Translations under genes and position numbers: made by a program | DNA from: Bdellovibrionales bacterium | GTDB taxonomy: Bacteria > Bdellovibrionota > Bdellovibrionia > Bdellovibrionales > JAUICD01 | Reading direction: 5' to 3' | NCBI GenBank assembly: GCA_965197425.1 | Contig: CBDANC010000006.1 | Coordinates: 1 to 56,862 of the forward strand | DNA: 56,862 bases | Shown: positions 8,097 through 16,146 of the stretch, piece by piece | Position numbering within the stretch: the stretch's first letter is position 1 | How the letters are laid out: each line of letters begins with the position of its first letter | The notes under the pieces: generated by a model | Told to the model about the DNA's origin: nothing | Database searches by the model: none | What the model saw: the letters and a program-made list of their open reading frames with translations, nothing else

Positions 8097-9578
8097 TTAT
8101 TGCCTAAATCTAAATTTTTGTTTTATTTTTTCAGATCCCTCACTTGCAGAGGCTTTAATTACGGGAGTAATAAATACAACAAATTGACTTTGGTCTCTGT
8201 TAAACTCTTTTGAAGCATACAATGAGAACAGTGGGTTGTTTCCACCTTTTGGAGCTTTGTTATATCCAGTATTACTCTGCGAGGTAACCAAACCTCCAAT
8301 AGCTGCACTTTCTCTACTTCTCACAACGACTATTGTATTAATAGTTCTTTCTGAAATTAGTGGCCCTGCTTGAGTTACGCCCATTAGATTACTAACTTTA
8401 AAGTTTATAGCAAGTTTTATACTATCGGATTTTCCACCCATAAGGTTTGGGGTGATATGTGACACCAATCCTGCTTTAGCAAAGTTGGTTCCAGGGACAC
8501 CGTTCGCACCTAATACTTGATATGGTACTTGGGTTACAGATTCTACGACACCTTTTTTTCCGTCTTGTACTATTACACTTGAACTCTGTAAAACTCTTGC
8601 ATAACCGTGTTGTTTTGCCCAATTTAATTTTGGAAATAGGTTACTTATTGTACCTGTTATCGATGAGATTATACCGGAAATTCCAGAGCTTGCATTGGCT
8701 GTATTACCAAACCGCATTCCTGAGTTATCCCCTATTTCTGGTGACCAGTTAAATCGAAAACCTTTTTGGTACTCTTTTTTTAGCTCAACAAAATGAACAA
8801 CTAGTTGAATCATTTTTCCAGGCTTTTTCTTAGGAGCTTTTTTTATACCCAACAAGTTGATTACTTGGCTAATTTTTACTTTTTTTATCAAACCATCAGA
8901 CTCTGCTTTATTCACCACTATATCAGGCGTATATGTTTTTGCTATAATCTCTGATCTTTGTTTTTCAGCCTTGCTATTTGCAACCCCTTCGATAATAAAT
9001 TTTCCATTTACACTTCTGACATGAATTGCAGGATTGTTTATGTCACGCTCTATGTACTCTGCATATTTTTTTTGAGCAATAGGACTTAAAGTTACTATGG
9101 AAGAAGCTTTGTTTCCGTATTGTGAAATTACATTATAAACTCTATTTACATCTTTACTTAAAAGCACCTGTCCATCTACAACAACTTTGTTGTTTAATAT
9201 TTTTATATCTATACCCTCTATATCTGCTAATACAGCTTTTATCTCTTGAGCTATTTTATTCAAACTACTTGTTCTAACAGTTAAAAAGAGCTCTGCTATT
9301 ACTCTGTTTCTTTGATCTTGTATGGTTAAAGTTGCAGTTCCAGGTTTTTTTGGGTTAAATCTAAGTGTCTTAATATCAGCAGCGTACCTTAATGAAGCCA
9401 CATTTTTGAAGTTACCCTCAAATTTTGGTTTAGACGGCATGTAAGGAAGTTTGAAGTCCTGCGTAAGCCCCACAACCAAGTTTATATACTGTCTTTTTTT
9501 TGTCTTGTATCTAGTATGAGCCAGATCAGGAGTACAAAGTAGTAGAATTAAAAGTAGTAAAGTAAATCCTTTTTTCAT
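8097..9578 (-). CDS. Tad/Flp pilus secretin (RcpA/CpaC-like) with BON domains
   Basis: Signal peptide, KPGTATLTI pilus-formation N-domain, AAIGGL, FVVFITP secretin C-terminus; tad context. Confidence 0.85.
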   Translation of the reverse strand: MKKGFTLLLLILLLCTPDLAHTRYKTKKRQYINLVVGLTQDFKLPYMPSKPKFEGNFKNVASLRYAADIKTLRFNPKKPGTATLTIQDQRNRVIAELFLTVRTSSLNKIAQEIKAVLADIEGIDIKILNNKVVVDGQVLLSKDVNRVYNVISQYGNKASSIVTLSPIAQKKYAEYIERDINNPAIHVRSVNGKFIIEGVANSKAEKQRSEIIAKTYTPDIVVNKAESDGLIKKVKISQVINLLGIKKAPKKKPGKMIQLVVHFVELKKEYQKGFRFNWSPEIGDNSGMRFGNTANASSGISGIISSITGTISNLFPKLNWAKQHGYARVLQSSSVIVQDGKKGVVESVTQVPYQVLGANGVPGTNFAKAGLVSHITPNLMGGKSDSIKLAINFKVSNLMGVTQAGPLISERTINTIVVVRSRESAAIGGLVTSQSNTGYNKAPKGGNNPLFSLYASKEFNRDQSQFVVFITPVIKASASEGSEKIKQKFRFRQ

Positions 9579-10438
9579 TTCACCTCTCTAAATAACCCAG
9601 CAACCATTATGTTTTTCGCAAGATTTGTTTTAGGTTTAAGTGGAACTTTTTTTGTGTTCATGGCAGTAGGTCTTCTTACACTTGATCTACCTAAAATGGA
9701 ATCCACAGTACTAGGTGAGGTTACTCTCTTAGATCTATCAGCCCTATTACGTAGAGCCAAAAATACTCCAGAGTGTATTTGCAGCAAAATAATATCCTGA
9801 GCTTGTTTGGGGGTAACTTCCACGGTCACAGTGCTAAACGAAGTGTCTCCATTTAAGTTTCTGAATGCTTGTGCATTACCTAAAGAATCTAGTTCCAAAG
9901 TTCTAGGTATATTGTTTGTTATATTTAATCCTGTTGCCAGCACAACGATATCTTGAAGAATTGTTTTTACTTCTGTTCTTCTGTTTCGTTCTATTGCAGC
10001 TAGAATATCAACTCTATCCCCAGGACGAAGTAGTTTTGCAACACCTCTTACATCATCTATGGGTATGGTGATTGCTCTTTTTTCTGGTGCAATTTGATTT
10101 GATAATCCTGTTATAGGCCCTGGTGTTAAAAGCTTAGTTGATAAAATTTGTTCACCTTCTTGTATTGGTGCTCCAGCTATCATACTGATTACTTCCTCAG
10201 GATTTGTCATTGCTCCTGGTTGAACAAAGTTTACCGGCACTTCCATATACTCTATCATGGTATCATTGATTGTACTCATTTCTAAGATTGGTTTAGAGGC
10301 CACAACAATTCTTTTAGTTGTTCCGTATAATTTGTCATATTCGGCCTTATGTTCTTGCAAGTAACTATAGACCAAGAACATTGCAAATACCCCTGCCCCT
10401 ATGGAAATAGCTAATGTTCTAGTAGGATTAGAGTTCAT
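9575..10438 (-). CDS. cpaB: Flp pilus assembly protein CpaB/RcpC
   Basis: SAF domain IVVASKPI, RAITIPID..GVAKLLRPGDRVDIL, TVTVEVTP. Confidence 0.92.
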   Translation of the reverse strand: MNSNPTRTLAISIGAGVFAMFLVYSYLQEHKAEYDKLYGTTKRIVVASKPILEMSTINDTMIEYMEVPVNFVQPGAMTNPEEVISMIAGAPIQEGEQILSTKLLTPGPITGLSNQIAPEKRAITIPIDDVRGVAKLLRPGDRVDILAAIERNRRTEVKTILQDIVVLATGLNITNNIPRTLELDSLGNAQAFRNLNGDTSFSTVTVEVTPKQAQDIILLQIHSGVFLALRNRADRSKRVTSPSTVDSILGRSSVRRPTAMNTKKVPLKPKTNLAKNIMVAGLFREVK

Positions 10439-10938
10439 ATTCCCTCCTCATTCTTTTTTTCGCCACAGTCTGCGTTAAGACATATTCCATATGCCGTTCT
10501 TACCCACACCAATCTTACTCCATCATCTGACTTAATTTTGGTATTATAATCATAAGTTAATTCTTCTGTTTCATGATTAGCTGGTTTATCTTTTGCTAGT
10601 TTTTGATTTATACTTTGGGTTACCGAAATATTTCTAGCAGGTGTAATATATAAAGCTTCATCACTTTCATCTGTTATAGTATGTAACCTAAATCCAAAAG
10701 GCGTATATTTTGGGTTTTGTGATGGTTCTGTGGTAAGCTCATTTCTATGATATGTAAGATTCGATCTATTAGTAAATGTGTTAAAAGCATACTGTCTTGC
10801 TGAAATGGAATTCACTATACCAGTGTGGATTACTCCGAAAAATCCAAGTCCAAAACTTGTTAGAACTATAAAGACAACCGTTAAAATGACGGCTTCTATT
10901 GTAGCAAGACCCTGTTGATTATATTTCATATCTAACAC
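10435..10938 (-). CDS. TadE-like pseudopilin
   Basis: QQG|LATIE cleavage motif plus TM helix, in tad cluster. Confidence 0.7.
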   Translation of the reverse strand: MLDMKYNQQGLATIEAVILTVVFIVLTSFGLGFFGVIHTGIVNSISARQYAFNTFTNRSNLTYHRNELTTEPSQNPKYTPFGFRLHTITDESDEALYITPARNISVTQSINQKLAKDKPANHETEELTYDYNTKIKSDDGVRLVWVRTAYGICLNADCGEKKNEEGI

Positions 10939-11609
10939 CCATTATCCCAAATACTAGTAGCCTTGAAACTTTCAAGCTCTCCATACAAACCCTGTATTAG
11001 CTCTGCCTTTTTATTTATAGCAGACATACACTCTTCCATAGATGGCTCCCTTCCTAGTAGAGATACAACTGTTGTTTGAAAATCATCTTCACTTCCAGCA
11101 GAGCCTAGTAGAGGTAGTGCTTTGGATAGTACTTTGACTGAAACACTTGTCTTTGTCCCTATTAAATTTTTGTTGTTGCCACTACCAGCGGTGTTTCCGC
11201 TACCAGTGGAGTTTCCATCTTCGAAGTGAGCTGAATGATCTCCATGTGTACTTGATATGGCAAATAAATTTTTGTTTAATAAATTTTTTAAGATGTTTTG
11301 TTCTCTTAGACTTTCAAATTTAGCAGTAGCAGAATTTTTCTGCTCTTCTTCTGAGATATCAGATGCATAGTAACTTCTAGATGAAGCAAAGGTCATGTAT
11401 TGTACAACTTCCATCATAGATAGGGTATAGTTTGTAATCAAAAGTAGCATAGACATGCCTATGACTATTAAGAACGCAAACATAAAATCAAATACTAAAA
11501 AACCCCTGTTATTCAAAGGTCTTCCAAACGAGGCAGAAAAGGGAAGCTTTGCTTTCCTTGTTGCCGAGTGGTTGCCCAGCTCTACACATGTCATTGATTT
11601 CATTTTCAT
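10932..11609 (-). CDS. TadE-like pseudopilin carrying two repeat-derived in-frame insertions
   Basis: NNRG|FLVFD plus TM helix; leader contains cassette 11516-11583; GNSTGSGNTAGS comes from two 18-bp units. Confidence 0.7.
   Translation of the reverse strand: MKMKSMTCVELGNHSATRKAKLPFSASFGRPLNNRGFLVFDFMFAFLIVIGMSMLLLITNYTLSMMEVVQYMTFASSRSYYASDISEEEQKNSATAKFESLREQNILKNLLNKNLFAISSTHGDHSAHFEDGNSTGSGNTAGSGNNKNLIGTKTSVSVKVLSKALPLLGSAGSEDDFQTTVVSLLGREPSMEECMSAINKKAELIQGLYGELESFKATSIWDNGC
11183..11218. repeat. Two 18-bp palindromic units inside CDS
   Basis: TACCAGCGGTGTTTCCGC TACCAGTGGAGTTTCCAT. Confidence 0.75.
11516..11583 (+). repeat. Hairpin cassette (short type I core, no Y module) inside the pseudopilin leader
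   Basis: AAGGTCTTCCAAACGAGGC...GCCGAGTGGTTGCCCAGCTCT. Confidence 0.9.
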
Positions 11610-11875
11610 TCGAAGGTTCCTCTTAGTGATACTCTTCGTTTCATATTAAAGTTTGGGTGAAGTTTTCTAGCTTCGGCTGGACCTTTTTTTTCCCAAACAC
11701 CACTTTCAACCATCCCAGACACCTTGCCCCACGGTTCTTTTATCATCATACCTGGCCAGGATGAGCTTCTTAAACTTTGGGATACAAACACAATTACGCC
11801 GGCAATTATGGTACCTATTAAAACTGTCTCTACTGTTACCTGCCCACTTTGTGCTTTTAGTTTTCTTCTTACCAT
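11606..11875 (-). CDS. Small TadE/Flp-like pseudopilin
   Basis: QSG|QVTVE motif plus TM helix; ATG 11875 overlaps the end of the peptidase gene. Confidence 0.7.
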   Translation of the reverse strand: MVRRKLKAQSGQVTVETVLIGTIIAGVIVFVSQSLRSSSWPGMMIKEPWGKVSGMVESGVWEKKGPAEARKLHPNFNMKRRVSLRGTFE

Positions 11876-12378
11876 GACAGGACACCTCTGTGATCTAGAA
11901 ACGAGTGGGTTATAAAAGCCAGGAAAAAACAAACTGTATAGGGTATGAAGGATAAATTTTGTTTTTCTGGTTTTACATTGTAGATAATCAGGTTCTTCAT
12001 ATTTAAAACAAGTTGTTTCAGCTTACCGTGAAATAGAGCCGACACTAGCCCCAGTATTCCACCCCAAATAATGGATAAAATTAAAACATCAATTATCTTG
12101 CCTGGTATAAAAATAGAAAGTACAAACAAGAGCTTTACATCACCAGCTCCTAACGCGCCTATATAGCAAAGCACAAGGCCCAAAGCGGACATAGTGACTA
12201 AACTAGCTAAAGATGCACCTAGGCCGACTGCGAGTCCAGACACATAAACTTGTGAACAGAATGCTATTATAAAAAAAGTTATAAACAAATAGTTTGGAAA
12301 CTTTTTGTAAAAAAGATCAAACACCACCGCAACCATTAGCACAATTGATGGAAATATTACTGTCACCGCAAGTTCCAT
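11869..12378 (-). CDS. cpaA: A24 prepilin peptidase (TadV/CpaA)
   Basis: FDLFYKKFPN, LGAGDVKLL, IPYT. Confidence 0.9.
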   Translation of the reverse strand: MELAVTVIFPSIVLMVAVVFDLFYKKFPNYLFITFFIIAFCSQVYVSGLAVGLGASLASLVTMSALGLVLCYIGALGAGDVKLLFVLSIFIPGKIIDVLILSIIWGGILGLVSALFHGKLKQLVLNMKNLIIYNVKPEKQNLSFIPYTVCFFLAFITHSFLDHRGVLSW

Positions 12379-12608
12379 TAGTCAAAATCCCCTTTTGTGG
12401 GCTTGCTCCAGCCCAATCCATCGCCTTCACCTGTGTGATTTTTAGCTTTGGTTTGAAATAAGCTGCCTGTATCTAGTTGCCTTTCAATTCTAGTAGCCAA
12501 TACTGGCCCAGAATTTATAAAAGCACTTTTAAAAGGACCATCTCCACCTAGAAATCCCGTTAAAATAAATGTAGCCAACAAAAGTAGTATTACAAGCTCT
12601 GTAGTCAT
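12378..12608 (-). CDS. Small Flp/TadE-like protein (start may lie slightly upstream)
   Basis: xxTELVILLLL pilin-like helix; P.LATRIERQL.TG; between flp and the peptidase. Confidence 0.6.
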   Translation of the reverse strand: MTTELVILLLLATFILTGFLGGDGPFKSAFINSGPVLATRIERQLDTGSLFQTKAKNHTGEGDGLGWSKPTKGDFD

Positions 12609-12637
12609 ACAACATTACCTTATAAAGCCATTACCAT

Positions 12638-12712
12638 TCACCAAATTTACTCATTTGATTTTCTAAATCACCCATCACCAAATTTACCCATTTGATTTTC
12701 TAGATCACCCAT
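12638..12712. repeat. 37-bp tandem duplication of the flp 3' end
   Basis: 12638-12674 vs 12675-12711, 2 mismatches. Confidence 0.9.
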
Positions 12713-12856
12713 TTTACCCTTTAACAGCCCCATGATTTTATCTTTAAAAATCACTAACACTGCTACCACGGCAACCAAGAGTAAAATATATTCAGTAGCT
12801 CCCTGAGCTTCTTCATTTTTTATAAAATCCTTTAAAAAGGCTTTTATCTTTTTCAT
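12668..12856 (-). CDS. flp: Flp family type IVb pilin
   Basis: 62 aa, EEAQGATEYILLL Flp motif (EY), GAGGT SD. Confidence 0.9.
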   Translation of the reverse strand: MKKIKAFLKDFIKNEEAQGATEYILLLVAVVAVLVIFKDKIMGLLKGKMGDLENQMGKFGDG

Positions 12857-12926
12857 CTTTTTACCTCACATAAAAAAATTATACTCACCTGTCATATCTA
12901 TCGGTAAACCCACAAAGATAAGTAAA

Positions 12927-12959
12927 CCAAAACTTGCAAGTGTTCCCAAAACTTGCAAG
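12927..12959. promoter_or_regulatory. Direct repeat CCAAAACTTGCAAG x2 upstream of flp, candidate operator
   Basis: Exact 14-mers at 12927 and 12946, each containing the palindrome CTTGCAAG. Confidence 0.4.
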
Positions 12960-13020
12960 CATTTTAGGTGTACAAACCTTGGTCCAGTTATAGCTTGTTT
13001 GGATGTGGCGGTGTTATTGA

Positions 13021-13301
13021 GAGGGGATCAGCTGTGAGGTTCACCAGGAAACAGCCATTCGGCAAAAAAACCGACCGCAGGGAGGTTATTTCAATTGGAA
13101 AGTATAAAGATTTATCCCGTGAGCCAATTGAACCAAAGTAGGCGAAGCCTCCTTATTTTTTGCCTCGTTCGGAAGACCTTGTGGGGCGGGATCAGTATCT
13201 TGTTCCAGCGCTGGGCAACTCTAATACTGAAAGTACCTTGGCTACATTTGTGCTTTGCACTGCATTTCGCCTAGGCAACTTTCAGTTTTAGCGAAGACCT
13301 T
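13021..13301 (-). repeat. Two tandem hairpin cassettes (type I+Y 13021-13180; type II 13181-13301)
   Basis: Both end in GAAGACCTT; type II core nearly identical to copies at 15779, 15881 and 25724. Confidence 0.9.
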
Positions 13302-13373
13302 GATGTGTGTTATTTTGAGAATTACCAATTTTATAGTCTAGTTTAAGGTAGAAATTACCGTTTTTTATATTCT

Positions 13374-15089
13374 ATGACACTAGATAATTACGAATGGTCA
13401 GACAGATTCCCATTAAGTGAAACTCAACTAGAGGAATGGAAAAAAGATCCAAAAAAACTTCCCTTACTCATTTGGGCGTTAAATACAGGAAACATTGATC
13501 CAGAGCAATTTAAAAATTGGGCGTCCAAATACTATAACCTTCCCAAACTGAAATCTAAATTTTTGGAGCAAATAGAAAAACCACTTGTTAGAGAATACAA
13601 ACACCTATTGGATCTAAATGTTATACCTATGAGAAAAAATGAAGGGGTGTTGTATGCAGCATGTATCGAACCTGTAAAAAATCTCCCTATAAAAGAACAA
13701 GTTCAGTTTTTAGTAGCATGTGCAGATGCCTTACAAGCTACAATACAAAATACCAAAGATAACCTGGATAAACCAGATGAAGAAGAAATTACGGAAAATT
13801 CACTTACCCCTCCGGATGGCATTGCTATTCCAAAAAATATAAAAGTGGGTACTCCACTGGCAACTGATGCTACTAATTTGCCTGACGGTTTAAACATAAA
13901 GCTTACAAAAAATATCAAACCAAATAAAAACTCAAATGAAGCACCAGAAGGCTTGAACATTAAACCTACAAGCAAACTAAAAAAGAAACAATCTGTGAAT
14001 CTCCTACAAGCGGAGTTTCCGCCAGATGGATTAGCTATAAAACCAAAATTTAAAAAGCCAGATCCTAAACTAGATACACCGGACATGCCAGACAACATAG
14101 ACATAAAGAAACTCAAAAATACCAAGTCATTTGTAAAAGATGATGTACCAGATTTTTCAGCAAAACAAAAAAATCCATCTAAAAAAGCAGCACCTAAGAT
14201 AACGCCTAAAGTGTCCTCTGATAATTTAAAAACAGCAACTAGCAAGCCTATCAAATTAAAACCTAAAACCAAAGATACAGAAAAAAATAGTCAGGCCTCA
14301 CACACCACAAAAGGTAACCCCACCCTAACTTCAGCACCAAAGATTGAAGGTCAAAAGATACCACCAGAGCCTGGTCAAGAAACAATAAAACCTATAAAAC
14401 CAAAACAAACCTTGGGTGATGTTCCTAAAAAAGATATTGAATCTAATGTGGTGCCATTAAAACCAAAGCAAGCATCAGAAGCGGAGACTCCGCCGGTAGT
14501 GGATACTCCACCGGTAGTGGAGACTCCACTGGTAAAAGATTTAAATCTTGAAGATAGAAAGGTGGAGGATGCTATAGAACAGAATCTGCCAAAAGTACCT
14601 GAAAACAATGTTCAAAGAATAAAACCAATTTCTAAAAAAAGTGACACAGAAGAAGTTAATCTGGAAAATCTTGATCCTGTGTTTTTGGAGAATATTTTAA
14701 GATCATTAGATAGTATATTTGATAACAAAGTTTTATTCTTTGTAAAAGAAGGTAAGCTTACGCCAGCACATTGGGATAAAAGCTTTGTGCCAAAAAGTAC
14801 CAACCCTTTGAATACATTAGATAAACCTAGCATTTTTAGAATAGCGTTTAAAAGTAGAGATAAATACTTTGGAGAAATATACAAAAACGAGGTAAACGAT
14901 TTGTTCTTTGACAATTGGATGGGCGGACAATATCCGGACAGGGTTACAATTTTAGCACTTCTAAATAGTGATAGGGTTTTTGGTTTATTTCTAGGTGTCC
15001 ACAAAGTGGTTGATACTACACTTGATACATTAGATGTTATATCCAAAGAAATCGGACAGAAACTAGTAAGCCAGCTTAAAGCATCATAA
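13374..15089 (+). CDS. Hypothetical protein: globular N-domain (possibly GspE/PilB-N-like), Lys/Pro-rich linker with PDGLxIK repeats, globular (possibly GAF-like) C-domain
   Basis: 571-aa ORF; repeats PPDGIAI/LPDGLNIK/APEGLNIK/PPDGLAIK; domain calls are tentative. Confidence 0.6.
   Translation: MTLDNYEWSDRFPLSETQLEEWKKDPKKLPLLIWALNTGNIDPEQFKNWASKYYNLPKLKSKFLEQIEKPLVREYKHLLDLNVIPMRKNEGVLYAACIEPVKNLPIKEQVQFLVACADALQATIQNTKDNLDKPDEEEITENSLTPPDGIAIPKNIKVGTPLATDATNLPDGLNIKLTKNIKPNKNSNEAPEGLNIKPTSKLKKKQSVNLLQAEFPPDGLAIKPKFKKPDPKLDTPDMPDNIDIKKLKNTKSFVKDDVPDFSAKQKNPSKKAAPKITPKVSSDNLKTATSKPIKLKPKTKDTEKNSQASHTTKGNPTLTSAPKIEGQKIPPEPGQETIKPIKPKQTLGDVPKKDIESNVVPLKPKQASEAETPPVVDTPPVVETPLVKDLNLEDRKVEDAIEQNLPKVPENNVQRIKPISKKSDTEEVNLENLDPVFLENILRSLDSIFDNKVLFFVKEGKLTPAHWDKSFVPKSTNPLNTLDKPSIFRIAFKSRDKYFGEIYKNEVNDLFFDNWMGGQYPDRVTILALLNSDRVFGLFLGVHKVVDTTLDTLDVISKEIGQKLVSQLKAS
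14481..14534. repeat. Three 18-bp palindromic units in CDS (AETPPV VDTPPV VETPLV); a further single unit at 13845-13862
   Basis: GCGGAGACTCCGCCGGTA GTGGATACTCCACCGGTA GTGGAGACTCCACTGGTA. Confidence 0.9.
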
Positions 15090-15210
15090 ACTTAATCTCT
15101 TTATAAAAAACTTATATACCAAAGCAGTGTTGCACTGCAAAACCAAATTAAAGTGACAATATTTGCTTTTAAATTTAAAAATTAGTAAACCTCTAGAGAG
15201 GAGTCTTAAG

Positions 15211-15759
15211 ATGACAATTGGGTTTTCTGATCTTTCCAACAAAAAATTTACACGAAGTGTTTTAGGGTATGATCCCGTAGAGGTTACCAATTTTTTAAGA
15301 GATATGTCTTTAGAGATTGATAGGCTTTACAAAGAAAGAACCATGCTAAAAGAAATGATAAGAGAAAGGGATGTTTCCTTGTTAAATTACAAAGAGAAAG
15401 ACAAAACCCTAAAAGATACTCTTGAAGTAGCAAAAGAGATGAGCAAAAAATTAAAAAGCGACACTAATAGAGAGGCCAGACTTATTATCAATGATGCTGA
15501 ACAAAAGGCAGACATAATAATGAGAGAGGCCAGAGATTCTCTAAAGGATATTTATAGAGAAATAAACACTCTGAGAAAAAGCAAGATCCAAATAGAAACA
15601 AACTTAAGAGCTCTCTTACACGCACATCTTAGTCTTTTGGACGAACAAATCACAACAGATGTGGCAAACACAGACAACAAAAGCTTTGATAATGCTGCTG
15701 AAAACAGTAGCTACAATGAACAGGCTAACAAAGCATCCGTTTCTCCAATCAGCTCATAA
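15211..15759 (+). CDS. divIVA: DivIVA domain protein
   Basis: KKFTRSVLGYDPVEVTNFL plus coiled coil; AGGAG SD before ATG 15211. Confidence 0.9.
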   Translation: MTIGFSDLSNKKFTRSVLGYDPVEVTNFLRDMSLEIDRLYKERTMLKEMIRERDVSLLNYKEKDKTLKDTLEVAKEMSKKLKSDTNREARLIINDAEQKADIIMREARDSLKDIYREINTLRKSKIQIETNLRALLHAHLSLLDEQITTDVANTDNKSFDNAAENSSYNEQANKASVSPISS

Positions 15760-15778
15760 AACAAAAAAATATCCCAAT

Positions 15779-15995
15779 AGAGCTGGGCAACTCTAATACT
15801 GAAAGTACCTTGGCTACATTTGTGCTTTGCACTGCATTTCGCCTAGGCAACTTTCAGTTTTAGCGAAGACCTTTATGTAACGGAATCAGCATCGTGTCCA
15901 GAGCTGGGCAACTCTAATACTGAAAGTACCTTGGCTACATTTGTGCTTTGGCACTGCATTTCGCCTAGGCAACTTTCAGTTTTAGCGAAGACCTT
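15779..15995 (-). repeat. Two tandem type II hairpin cassettes
   Basis: 15779-15873 and 15881-15995 are near-identical to 13211-13301. Confidence 0.95.
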
Positions 15996-16146
15996 GAGAA
16001 ATAAATTCAAAAGTGTGTTACTAAAAGTCTAGGATTATAAAAACTGTGGACATATGAGAAAACATATGTATATTAGGGCCAATCTTGACAATCTAGAAGC
16101 AATAAGTCTTAGGCATTTTTTTAACATTTAAATTTTAGGTATTTTT

